Positions 39,201 through 50,100 of a stretch of 62,000 nt of DNA are shown here, one piece after another (within the stretch, counting starts at the first letter, position 1; every line of letters starts with the position of its first letter). The DNA lies in contig NW_019091400.1 in assembly GCF_001949145.1 (NCBI RefSeq), positions 558,001-620,000 of the forward strand, written 5' to 3'. The stretch is from Acanthaster planci. Its lineage: Eukaryota. The notes under the pieces were generated by a model. That model was not told the DNA's origin and made no database searches. It saw nothing but the letters and a program-made list of their open reading frames with translations. Made by a program: the position numbers and the translations under genes.

Positions 39201-42200
39201 CATGTACATGTACTGCAGCTCATCAGTCCATTTTCATTTGCATGAAAGAGCTGAGAATACTGGTATATGGGATAACGGTCCATAACATGTTGCTCCCCAG
39301 CAAATGCCAGTGCCAATTTCTAGACCTGTCCGGATAGAGACAAGTGGGGGCGTACTAATCAGCTCAAGGCCACAACTTACGTGTGTGGCCAGCAGCTGGA
39401 TTCGAACCCCTGACCCTCTGATCATGAGTCTCAACCCTAACCACTATAGGTACATGTACAACATGTACATGTAGGCCACAAAATCTGAGAGCCATACATG
39501 TACACTGTACGAGCACTTACTGGTACCAGTACATTGGACCCATACCATGTGTTGGACTCTAAAGCGAAAAGAATATTCCCTTTCAAGAAACTCAAAAAAA
39601 AAAAAAAAATTGGAAAAGCTCCACAGTAACTCTGAAACTTGTGAGATTGTGCCTGAGTTGAACTTACATGTACATATTATGAACTCAGTTAATTACATGT
39701 ATTATACATGTACATGTAACTTTGTGGGTTTTTTTATTTACTTGAGTCATATAGCACATGAAGACATGAAATTAAAATGCACATAGATTGTACATGTACC
39801 AGTATTGGTCCATTCACTGGTCTTCAACTAATGAATGTTTATAAATTAGTGCCGAGTTAAGATTAATTCTCTGGGTCCATTACCATAAGAAATGATTCTT
39901 TTCATTGCATGGATGTGGGTAATTCCAGAAATTAGGGGTCCTTTTTTTTCACGTCCCTGTCATATCGATATATGATATTGTACATGTAAGTTCAAAATGC
40001 ATTTTCTAATTTCCATGAGTGATGAATGTATGCATATTACCTTCCAAACAAATAGTAATACATGGAGTTCGAAATCAATTCTGGTGATATTTCCATGTCA
40101 AACAACAAAGGTCAGGTGTAACAGGGACACTAAAATTTCACACTTTTGGACCCCTAATTTCTGGAATTACATGTTCCCTCATGAGACAAAACCTGAAACA
40201 CGGTATAATTTTGGTAAGGGTACATGTACATAGTGCCGGAATAGATCTCTACTTGAATAAAAGCCGTTGCCAGCATCCCCCAGGTGTCTGGAAATGTCGT
40301 CTTATCATGAATGTTCTAGAATGTTCCATACTAACATACAAAATAACTTGGATGGATATTTATTCGGCTATTGTACAAAAAATTAAACAAAATAAGCATG
40401 GGCTTTTCTTTTGTAAAAAATTCAGTCATTCAGTTCTAAAACTGTTTTTTTCTCTCTCTCCACAGCTCTAGAATTTTTTAACAATGTTAATGTTCTCTAT
40501 GGAGTCACGTCGGGCGAAGCCTGCACAAATGATACATGTCCAAGCATGTCAGCACCGGGGAACACGTAAGTGTGTCCTTTTGAAAATGAAACTGCTTTTC
40601 CTGTGTGAAAAAATATACATGTAACCCCTTTTCCTTGGAGAATAACATTAAAATATCCAATTAGCTTGATACTTCCCATCTGGATTGCTATGGGAGAATA
40701 AAATGTATTACTGTATATAGTCCCAGGGGCTATTTAATACATTTTGTGTTGCAGTTCATACATGTGCATTGTACATGTAAGCTTTTCATGTCTCTGAAAA
40801 GTTTTTCCATTTTGTTTTTAAAGGGGATGGGCCATGAAGGGTTAAATTGACGTTATATGACAGTTTCAACCTTTCAACCGTCTTATATACAATGAGTTAA
40901 ATTAACCCCTCTTTTATGTCATTAAATCAGCAAAAAATGATGTTTTCTGTGTCCTTTTTTCAGTCTCCACCTGGGCTCTTCACAAAAACTAATTGAAATC
41001 GGTTAATGAGGGCAGCAGACAAATCTTGACAAAAATGTGACATCATTGGATGGACTTGACTTTCCAGACAAGAATGCATAGTTCCAGCAAGAAAATTGAT
41101 CAGTCCACGCAAGAATAGTATTCTCTGCTCTGGCGCGTAGTCGGGTATGTAACTTGTACGTGTCAGGTCAACCACATTCGGTGTTATTTCCTATACCCTT
41201 CTCTTGACATGCGGCACAGCTAACCTGACGCATCGTGTTTAGTTTGTTTTGCATCGCCTTGTACACATGTAATAATTTCTATGGTGAATTGTGAATTTTG
41301 GAAGAATACTGATAAACTGTGTTGTCAGTGGTTCTTGCCGCAATCAATCAAAACAATTCCCTGGAGAGCAGTTTTTGTAGATTCCCAAGCGACTTTTCAC
41401 ACCAGTGATTGTGGGTTAGATTTGATAGCACACAATCAGATATTTACGAAGACTCAAAATACAAGTGGGTGTTTAAATGCACACGTACCAGTGCTGACAC
41501 TATGAGTACGATTTAAAATGGGCTATATTGCACTGGCGCATGTGGACTATTTTTCGGTGCAAATAATGCCGCACGGTCGTCACGCGACGTGTTGATGCTA
41601 AGCAAGTGACTCGCAGTGCACGGTGAAAAAAATTGTGGGAATGGAACACCAACTTAGACAAAGTAGTCTAGCCTATAACCATGGACACAAAACGACTTCT
41701 ACTATACAGCTATTGAATAGCCAACGGTAGGACAATTACGTCTTTCTAGAAAGACAAATTTTTATAGGCCTAATGGTGCAGGAAAAAATCATGACCAGCC
41801 AGTGTTATTTTGTTGATCCCCAGGAAGCCGCCATGCCTGTGGCCAACAGCCTCGAGTTGCAAAATCTCTTCCTTAGTATATTCTGGTGCAAACTGACAAG
41901 GCAATATTTCTTGTGCCTCATCAGCTCCTTTAATGTTGCTTTTTTTGTCAAATGAATAAAACGAACTTGACATGCGATCACTGTCATAATTGGGAAAAGG
42001 CATCATCGCTGGAATTATCATCGCTTGAGTCTGACATGATTGCATATGTTATTGTTAACGCTACTTCTACATTACGTACATGTCGACGCGTCATTGCGTA
42101 ACGGTAAACAGTCGCCGGATAAAGGACAGTGTCCTATGACGTCACGATTCGTGGGCATTTCTTCAGACAACTTTCTGTACCCGACGGCTGTTGTTTAGCT

Positions 42201-45200
42201 TTTGCTCTGAGAAGGGAGTGAAATAGGGTTGTGAAAACTGCAATTTTTAACATATTTCTACGCATTTTAAATTTATGGAGATGTGTTATCTTGTTATGTT
42301 TGTTTTATGTGTTGATGCATGTTTTACAAGAAATCTTCCCAGCATGGCCCATCCATTTTAGCATTGTACCCTTACCATGCTCTTACTGTACAACTGTACA
42401 TGTACATGTGGGTCATTCTCTATCTTCTGGGTCCAAAAGTGTGACACTTTCGTGTCCCTGGTACACCTGACCTGTGTAATTTTACCTCGAAATTATGAAG
42501 TGGCTTCAAACTACACTGTACTGTCATTTTGTTTGATACCGGTACATGTTGGTAATTGACTTTACTTTATCATCCTTTGAAATAAAAGAATGTGTTTAAA
42601 CTTACAAAATCATACTTGTACCAGGACTGTACATACATACATATACATTTGTACATTGTCAGATTTATTATGCATACATGTATCAACTGCATACGTGTAC
42701 ATATGTACATGTATGTGTAGAAACTCACAGAAGGGTCCACAGGGTACTTGTATTTTGAGCTTTGATAAGGTAGCAATTTGCACATGTTCTGTGAATTTCA
42801 GCAGATTATCAGTGTATCCTGGATGTACTTCAGTAGAAAAGTAAACACAATCATTATCTGGTTGGTGTTGGTCAAACAGACATGGGTAACATGGGCTTGT
42901 TGTCCAAACATAACCTAAAGTCGGTCTGAAAGCTGAAGCCCATTTCTTCCTTAAGTGCTCCTTGAACAAATAGGAAAATTTAAAAATAGTTTTGAATGAA
43001 AGCTTTTGATGCCTGATGTGATACCGTACCTTCCATACAAGGGTGCATCTACTGGTAGATTTTGCTTTGCTCTCAAGTGCTTTTATGCTGGTTAATAGTT
43101 TTAGATAAAAAGACGAAAAGTTACGGGAAGAGTATGTACATGTACATGTAGTGTATTTGTAAAGTCATTACTCTGAGATGACATACATTGTTCAGTACAG
43201 TGTACCCAAAGTCTTCAATGCACTGATGAAAAGATACTTTGCAGGATTAAGAAGGAAAGACCAGAAGAAATTGAAGTGTGCCACTGCAGAAATCTACATG
43301 TACTGTACATGCACACGTACATTACTCAGATGCCATTGAATGCACATTTTCAAGATGAAGGTTTCTCTCTTGAGGGAGATAAATGGGTCATAAATGCTTT
43401 CATTCCCCAAAGCAGCCTTGGAAACAAGATTGCATTTAATAGAGCAAAAAGTACATGTATATGTGACACTTACTGTATTGTACATACTGTACTTGTCTCT
43501 CCTTGTTGACTACATGTACATGTAAATGTACCGCTACGTGACTTTTTCAACCCGAGACTGGGTTCCCAGCCATTCTTGAAATCAGGGAAAACCTGGAAAC
43601 CGAGTTTCCTTTTTTTGTCAGGGAAAGGTCAAAGAATATGAGAAAAATTGTCTCAAATCAGGCAAAAGTCAGGGAGTTAGATCTGCCTGAAAATGAAAAG
43701 GGTCAGTCTGTTAAATTTTGTCTCATGTTCAAACAGCGTATCCACTGGATGATTGATTATGGTAGTGTTTTGTCTCTCTGTGGCTGGAAAACAGTTATCC
43801 TGGAATTTAAGAGATGCATATGAAAAATCAGGACATTTTGTTTTCATTAACCCTAACCACCCCAAAGCATTCAAAAATCCTCCACCAGTTTTGGAGGATG
43901 GAGGCTGCATGGGAAAATTTCATGGCTGGTAGCGAAGGATGCATTGTCTCAAGGATGTGGGTTGTATGTATGTTCAGCTATACTTAAATTCATGCCCACA
44001 AATAAACATGCACCAGTATCCTCCATACTGCTCCAGTAAACCGGAACATATTTATATACATGTTTTATGTGCTGTACTATTCACACTGCCTCAACACAAT
44101 GAGAGTAATTGCCGGAGGATTTTGAAAGATTGAGGCAGTGGGCACCCCTCTACGGAACATTCTTCAAGAAATATTGGAGGATTTTTGAGGATTGAGGCTT
44201 TGCCAATTGTTCATGAGGATATTTTGAGGATTTTGATGGATTGAGGGTGTTTCCTCTGAAATGGGCCCGAGCGGTTTGAGTGAGTTGTTCGTTTCAAACA
44301 TACTGTACATGTACCGGTACCAGAACAGGTGTCTGATTAAGTTTTCATATTTCACTGGGAAGTACATGTACCAGACAACCGGTATAGTCAGATTTCATTA
44401 CATCATCTCTGCAGCATTGCTCATTGTGGTACATGTACATTGTACATTATTTGATATGAGCAGCACAACCAATCTTGCTAGACTGGTCCATCAGAGGTGG
44501 AAAGACACAGGCAACTAACACTGACCGATCTGAGTGCATGACTGTGTAGCTCTTGATCAAACTTCCTCCAGGCACTTACATCTTAAATATTACATTGAGT
44601 ATTGCATTAAGGCTTATAAGGGTTGAGTCTGATTTTTTTAATTTGAGGGAACAGCTCCTTTTTTTTTTTTTGGGTTACAGGCAATACTTCTGGCAGGATG
44701 ACAAGAACAAGAAACTCAAGGTGACGGCACCGCAGTACATCGACTATGCCATGTCCTTCATACAAAAGCACATAACCGATGAAGCGGTTTTACCAACAAA
44801 ATATGGTAAGCCCGTGAAGCTGATATTCATGTATAAGTACTTGGTCATTAATTGGTCATACCAGTACATGTAATAAAAAGTACCGGTAGCAATAGTTTCT
44901 GCATATACGCTGTATTTACATGTACATGTGAAAATCTCAGGGCTGCGACTGGTGCCCAGATACCAAGCATTTGACCAAACTAGGCCTCCACCCAGTTCTC
45001 TTTTTTTAGTACCTGTACATCACGTACATTAACCAACCAGAAGACATGTACACATACCGTACTCAGCTCAAGTTTAACCTACATGTACACGTATAAAGGT
45101 ACATTTTGGGTATTTTGCCTTTTGGCATTAGCTGAAACACTCTTAAAATGTAGCACTCAATTTCATGTGGGAGAGGGACCTTTTTTCACTTAATACAGAA

Positions 45201-47132
45201 CATGTTTGAGTGCAAATGTGTAATCTTGAATCACAGCACAGATTCTGGCCAAGCAGTCCATGTGTTAGGTTTTATCCTGATCACTGGTACATATACAGTA
45301 CGTACATGTAGATGTACATGTACGTGCACCGGTACACAGGAGTACCGTAACATTGTAGGATACATTCAAGTTTGTTTTGAAATTGAAAGGTACAGTGTAC
45401 ATGTAATGTACATGCACTAGTACCAGTACCCTCTCCATTTTGAAAGTGTACTAATCATACATTCCAGTGCAACTCGTTGAGTTGACAAATGACTTCCCTT
45501 CCCTTTTCCTTTCCAAGTCATTCATCAACCAGAAAGTTGAGGATCAGGGGTCCGCCTCCAAATGTTGCCAAGTCTGTTGATGAATTAAATGTACATATAT
45601 ATCTCAATGACACAAGATTCAGACTTCACTTTCAGGAGGACATCTGGTTCTCAAGTGTCGTCAGGTCTATCAAACTTGGAACTTTAACCACTACCTGCCG
45701 GGGACTCTGAAATCGGAGCCGTATGGTTTATATGCTGGCCGGGGTCTCCGAACTCGGACAAAGGAAACAGCGCCCTGTAACAAAAGACCATACTCCGAAC
45801 AAAAGACCAGGCTGCTGGGCATTACGGGCATTTTTCACTCTCAAAAGTGGTGATAATCCAGCATTGTTTTGAAAACGTATACCAGGGTTTGGGGCATTGA
45901 GAGCAAGCGGATTACCACAGGGGACAAAAGCGCTCCACCACTGCAGCGATAAGCCACACAGCACCGCTGCACGCTAATCTTGCCCCTATTGAAAAGAGGT
46001 CAGCAGTGCACTGACAGTTGTATAACACCGCACAATCTGGGCTCTGTTTACAAGGCTGCAGGCCTGGCTGAAAAACTCGGGCGTCAATGAAGGTCAACTG
46101 TCAACTTAGAGTAGTGCCTAAAGATTACTTCGTGCGGCTATAAACAACCGTTAAATAGAATGATGAATTTTTGAAGGATTTTGAAAATGGAAAAAATGAT
46201 AGTCGTGCCGGCCCATCATCATCAACGTTGAAAAATGCCCCGGCACGAAGTGGTTAAAGCGGAAATCTTCACTAGGGCAGAGCATAATGTACATGTACTG
46301 GTAACCATTGTACACCTTCAGTTGTGCAATATAGCATTATTGCTTTTATCTGCCAACCGTGGATAACCTTGCACAGTCTCAATAGGCTAAGGACAGGCAT
46401 GGGGAGGAGCAACATGTTGAGTGGGAATACCTGTACATGTATTTTGAAGATGTGGCATACTGTGAGTGCGGTAGGGGCCCCGCACTGTAAAGAATCTTGC
46501 AGTTAAACCAGTGGCGTGGTACTCACTTTTGCTCTCGACTGGCAAACAGTCATGTGATAACATGGTACATGTATATAGTATATACTGGTAATGTGCTACA
46601 GCTGTGGTGTTCATTGAAGCTACTGTGGAAGCTTGTTTGTGAGGTCCTACATTACGGCTTTGATAGAGGTTGAATTTTAACTGTTTGGAATGTGAACTCG
46701 AATTTTAAAAAATTTTCTCTTATTATTGTTTTAGAATAGTATTATTCTTGTTCTTTTTTTTTCTTATTTTGTTGCAAGTTCTGTTGAAACTGTGCACGTT
46801 TTTGTACTTGGGGCTTTGATCACCTGTGAAGGTTTTTGCCCTGTGTTTCAGGTCATGTCTTCCCTAGTGATTTTGAGCAGCTCGTCCAGCAGGTCATCCG
46901 ACTTCTCTTCCACATCATGGCTCACATCTACCACGCCCACTACGAACTCTTCTTGCAGTTTGAGCTCCACCGGCACCTGAACAGCCTCTTCTGCCAGATG
47001 GTCCTCTTCTCGCAGGAGTTCCACATCCTCAACACCAAAGACTACGCGGTCTTAGATGACCTAATAGAGGCCCTAGGGCTGAACAATGTGAACTCCAAGT
47101 CAGAGTCTAATAATGCCAGCGGAAGTGTGTAG
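24204..47132 (+). CDS. MOB2: MOB kinase activator 2 (NDR/STK38-binding MOB family); 5 coding exons, 693 nt, 230 aa
   Basis: Join 24204-24220,38782-38951,40466-40565,44681-44805,46852-47132; phases consistent. MDWLMSKAGRGKDKK...LPKGLDLNEWLGSNT...CTNDTCPSM...TAPQYIDY...PTKYG..FP..F...LFHIMAHIYHAH...LHRHLNSL. The N-terminus matches human MOB2 MDWLMGK; Zn ligands CxxxxC and HxxxxH are present. Confidence 0.94.
25437..25593. mobile_element. hAT-like MITE (agggttcc...ggaaccctg) with ggaaaagtcatgga subterminal repeats and flanking gcacttg duplication
   Basis: TIR-like ends; gcacttg occurs at 25430-25436 and 25594-25600. Related fragments at about 32365-32490 and 43558-43680. Confidence 0.7.
27295..27460. 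repeat. Tandem duplication with 78-bp period
   Basis: gtaccggtacatgtacatgtacagtagttctatgtgatactgtgctacatgcacatacaacgtc occurs twice. Confidence 0.85.
30705..31185. mobile_element. Degenerate non-autonomous DNA transposon with gactcga/gacttga subterminal repeats; contains a 73-bp tandem duplication (30921-31066)
   Basis: Clusters of gactc/gagtc motifs at 30707-30865 and 31120-31182; ttttcagcatgtctaaatgaaaataaaaattaccgaaaaataacttactggta... is duplicated. Confidence 0.6.
32604..32652 (+). ncRNA. Degenerate minimal type I hammerhead ribozyme motif in the long MOB2 intron (sense strand)
   Basis: cc-CTGATGA-gtggtt-cgcacaaaac-aactgt-GAAAC-aat-GTC-ggg: all core boxes are in order; stem II has three G-U wobbles and stem I only 2 bp. 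Confidence 0.5.
36254..36543 (+). mobile_element. MITE family A copy 2
   Basis: TIR gggtaattccagaaattagggg...cccctaatttctggaattacc; body matches 11871-12099, with extra tacatgta/tactgta motifs. Confidence 0.85.
38782..38951 (+). CDS. MOB2: MOB2 coding exon 2
   Basis: cacag|...KAGRGKDKKPQPVTTPDEPKIFLEPKYLGAQIIDFDIREVVRLPKGLDLNEWLGSN|gtgagt. Confidence 0.94.
39180..39450 (-). mobile_element. tRNA-derived SINE, near full length
   Basis: Minus strand: A box tagtggttagg, B box ggttcgaatcc, then gtggccttgagc...caggtctagaaattggcactggc...gctgggg...atggacc...tttcatgc, resembling a SINE body. Confidence 0.75.
39917..40170 (+). mobile_element. MITE family A copy 3
   Basis: TIR gggtaattccagaaattaggggtcc...ggacccctaatttctggaattac. 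Confidence 0.85.
40466..40565 (+). CDS. MOB2: MOB2 coding exon 3
   Basis: cacag|(T)LEFFNNVNVLYGVTSGEACTNDTCPSMSAPGN(T)|gtaagt. Confidence 0.94.
40822..42357. mobile_element. Kolobok-like non-autonomous DNA transposon (about 1.5 kb)
   Basis: ttaa|aggggatgggccatg ... catggcccatccatt|ttag: 12-bp TIR core, TTAA-like target, purine-starting terminus; interior is nearly free of TACATG runs. Confidence 0.55.
42410..42615 (-). mobile_element. MITE family A copy 4 (reverse orientation, degenerate)
   Basis: gggtccaaaagtgtgacact...gtgtccctggtacacctgacc is the reverse complement of the right end of the 39917 copy. Confidence 0.7.
44681..44805 (+). CDS. MOB2: MOB2 coding exon 4
   Basis: ttacag|...QYFWQDDKNKKLKVTAPQYIDYAMSFIQKHITDEAVLPTKY(G)|gtaagc. 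Confidence 0.95.
45688..46253. mobile_element. piggyBac-like non-autonomous element (566 bp) with intact TTAA target-site duplication
   Basis: ttaa|ccactacctgccggg ... cccggcacgaagtgg|ttaa (13/15 TIR match); interior lacks TACATG runs. Confidence 0.8.
46852..47132 (+). CDS. MOB2: MOB2 coding exon 5 (stop TAG)
   Basis: tttcag|(G)HVFPSDFEQLVQQVIRLLFHIMAHIYHAHYELFLQFELHRHLNSLF...SGSV*. Confidence 0.95.
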
Positions 47133-50100
47133 CCACACCCTCTCTCTCCCATCCTTCCCCCCAACCTTCCCCCCCCCTGCATTTGGGATGTTCTCACTGC
47201 GCGTGCATTTTTTGTTCGGAAAGTTTACGAGTGTTCGAACACTGGAATGACAGTTGTGGGGCCTAGGGTTCAGGCCCTAGGATCTAGCATAAGTCATTTC
47301 ACTGTATTCAGGTGTTCCTACTGGTTCATGTAGTTATACTGCACGAGCCGNGCCTGTCGACCTCAATCTCAGCATTTGAAGAAATTTAAAGGAAAGAGTT
47401 CTGTAGTGAGAGAGCGGACAAATGAAATATTCTGGGTGGTATATCTACCATCTGAAGACGGCTTCCTGAATTCAGAAGTAGAAGTAGTCTTCATTATTGG
47501 GTAGTCGATGATTGTTGAATCAAAGTTCAACCGGTGCGATATGATCACGACGTAACTGTTCTTTGGAAGAAATGACATTCCGGCCTGCAGCATGTACAAT
47601 GCTGGCACTAGGAAGCCCTCACTGCGGCTGGCTGCAGTAATTTGATGTCTGAGGGTGAATGATACCATACCATGGTTGTTCTCTCCAACTACGTGTATTT
47701 GCGCTTTGGATTGTTTTTATTCCTTGGTTATAGCAGTGTACTTAGTTGTCTATGCTCTTTGTAGTGGGTGCTGAACAACATGTAATTCGGGCAACAAAAA
47801 TAAAAACTGGCTGCTTTTTTAGTGAATGCTATTTTTTAATTTTGAACTTTGTATCAAAATAATTCGCAACTGCCGAGTTGAAGTAAAAACTAGCCTGCTG
47901 CTGCTGAGGCTTAACCAAATTAAATAAAAGACTGCTTGCAACCTGCCGAGCTTGTAAATTAAATTTTACTGTCAAACTGTAGACGAGGTAGCTAGGACTC
48001 GGCTACATGGACCCGTCAGCCATGAGGGGCAAATGCCACCGAACCTGTTTCCAAGGCCCACACAGGACGAAATTTCGATGTAAGTAGGAAGGACTTTGTT
48101 GCCTCAGCGTAGTCGTCGTGAGAAGAGAGTGGAGGCTGTGTTGCCCACGCCGAGTCTTTTATAAACGTGTTATGCACCACGGGTTACAGGGAAGAGGACA
48201 GTGTTCTGCCTACTGTGGTCCGACTTTTTATTTACAACCACGTGGCCGGATGCTTGGGCCAAAGCAACTAAATGAAGGAATTCACTACACTTTCGTGTCT
48301 GCATTCACTCATTTTGAAGCTATTTTTGAAGATTTCTTCACAAACGTTCGCGACTAGTAGGACAGAAATGTATCAGGTGCACGGGACATTAAAAAAAAAT
48401 AGCTTTAAATTGCAGTGCTCTCTACTATGCATGCTTTAATAGGCATCTGCCTTAGCATTTCCATTCACGTATGTGTTTTTGGATTTTTTGTTCGATTTTT
48501 CTGGCTTGTACTTGCCACGTTTGCATTCCATTTGGCTGCTGCAATACACGCTGTTTTATCAAAGATGAGCTTCGGATTCAAATAATGGTAGAGTAGCCCC
48601 TTCAAGTTTGGCCTGCTGCAGGCATCCTTGTTGCATTCTGCCACTGGAAAGGCTTCTGTTGGGCTCTTTTTGTCCAAATTAGGATGATCAAGGTAATTCT
48701 TGAAACCACACCTGCGCCTTGACACTCTGTGCTGGCCGATTTCTACTTCTGCATGCTTTGTCTAAAAACAGCTTCCAGAGCTACAAGGGTGGCTGTGTCT
48801 GTTGCTCCAGGTGGAGCCCTAGACTTAGTTCCAGACACAAGTGTTGGATGCAGCCGTAGGCCTACCTAGGCCAAATTTGACGGCACCCCCGGAACATGCC
48901 AGTGTATCACTTGATTTAAAAGAAGGGGTGTCCTCTCTAAATCAATGGCAAATATCACTCGCAGGACAGATCTGATTAAAAAAGCACAGGGTTGGTCTGT
49001 TCGCTGACGCATAGTATCCCAAAGAGTTACTTAAGTGTTTTTTTATCAAAATCATGTTTACTTTTGGAATTGTTTTTGTGTATATTATTGTACATTAATT
49101 ATGATTAAGCAGAATTTTTGGCAATAACATAATTATAGTTTATTGATTCGCTTGGTACTGTAAGTTACCATGGAAACTTGTTCATGCCTGTGGTTGCTGG
49201 AGTGTAGTATTCCATGCCAGGTATTTAGCTTTCAACTAACCAGATGTAAAGAATTTATGTGTGACGTACAAGAGACGACGCAATCCATTTAGATTCTTTG
49301 GGTTTGATGTTCAAAGCAAGACTGTAGTGGTTAGATTCATGACCTGCACACTTTCTGTTCATTCCTATGTATGTATCACAACTCAAAACAATAACTCCCC
49401 GATTCACATGGATTTATTTGGTAGTACCCCATACTGTAGTGCTGCTTAACAGTCGATAAAGGCCATGTCTGAATTACTTGGCTGTGGCTGGAGCCACTGT
49501 ACATTTCAAACTGGCCATGAGGCACATTAAAAGCATGCTTCACCCAGAGAAAAAAAGTTGCTTGAATCATTGATGTAGCCATAGCAACCATCCTGTGCAT
49601 GCATTCGTTAGCACATCCATGCCAAGAGAAAGTGCATAAGCTTTTGTCCCGAATTTGGCAGGAGAGTACTGCCAGGGTCATTTCACATCGTAGTGTTTGA
49701 CAGCCTTTGAAAAACTGAAGTACACGTACATGTGCAAAGAATGTGCTGTGGGGTTTCTGCATGGGAGGGGATTTGCAAGATTCAGGGTGGATGTCCCAGC
49801 AACATTTATTGGGGGGGAGTTTGGACTGAAACTGAAATACGCATCAGGTTTTGATATTGCAGCGTTAAGGACCCTTGCTTTCGACCTCTGTAATAACTTT
49901 TGCACACCAATATTCAGCTTAGCTGAACTCTCCCGAATTGCCTTGCTTCATAATTACCTTGCTGTGGCTGAGCATGAGAAATCCCCTCTACTAACAAGAT
50001 GTATTAGGCGACATGCCCATGGTGACCGGCTAACTATAAGAGAACGGGACGAGTAAGATTTTGTTTCACTGATTGAAGTTAATATTTTGGAGTGGGATTT

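Larger units (their letters stand above)
25660..46600. repeat. Dense dispersed (TACATG)n and variant motifs (TACCGGTA, TACAGTA/TACTGTA, TACACGTGTA) throughout MOB2 introns
   Basis: Very many short runs, e.g. 27296-27470, 27700-27790, 33200-33710, 36540-36620, 37604-37680; these produce the YMYMY/HVHVH/CTCTC pseudo-ORFs. Confidence 0.95.

Noticed and set aside
39385..39450. Possible tRNA gene on the minus strand
   Set aside because: A and B boxes are present, but it continues into a SINE-like body and I could not fold a convincing cloverleaf; treated as a SINE head.
26315..45420. Many ORFs rich in YMYMY, HVHVH or CTCTC (e.g. 27152-27670, 28716-29078)
   Set aside because: They are translations of the stop-free self-complementary (TACATG)n motif inside MOB2 introns; no protein signatures.
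47452..47493. Possible third hammerhead (CTGAAGA...GAAG...GTC)
   Set aside because: The GAAA box is absent, and tgaagac pairs with gtcttca, so it is a simple hairpin that sequesters the would-be core.
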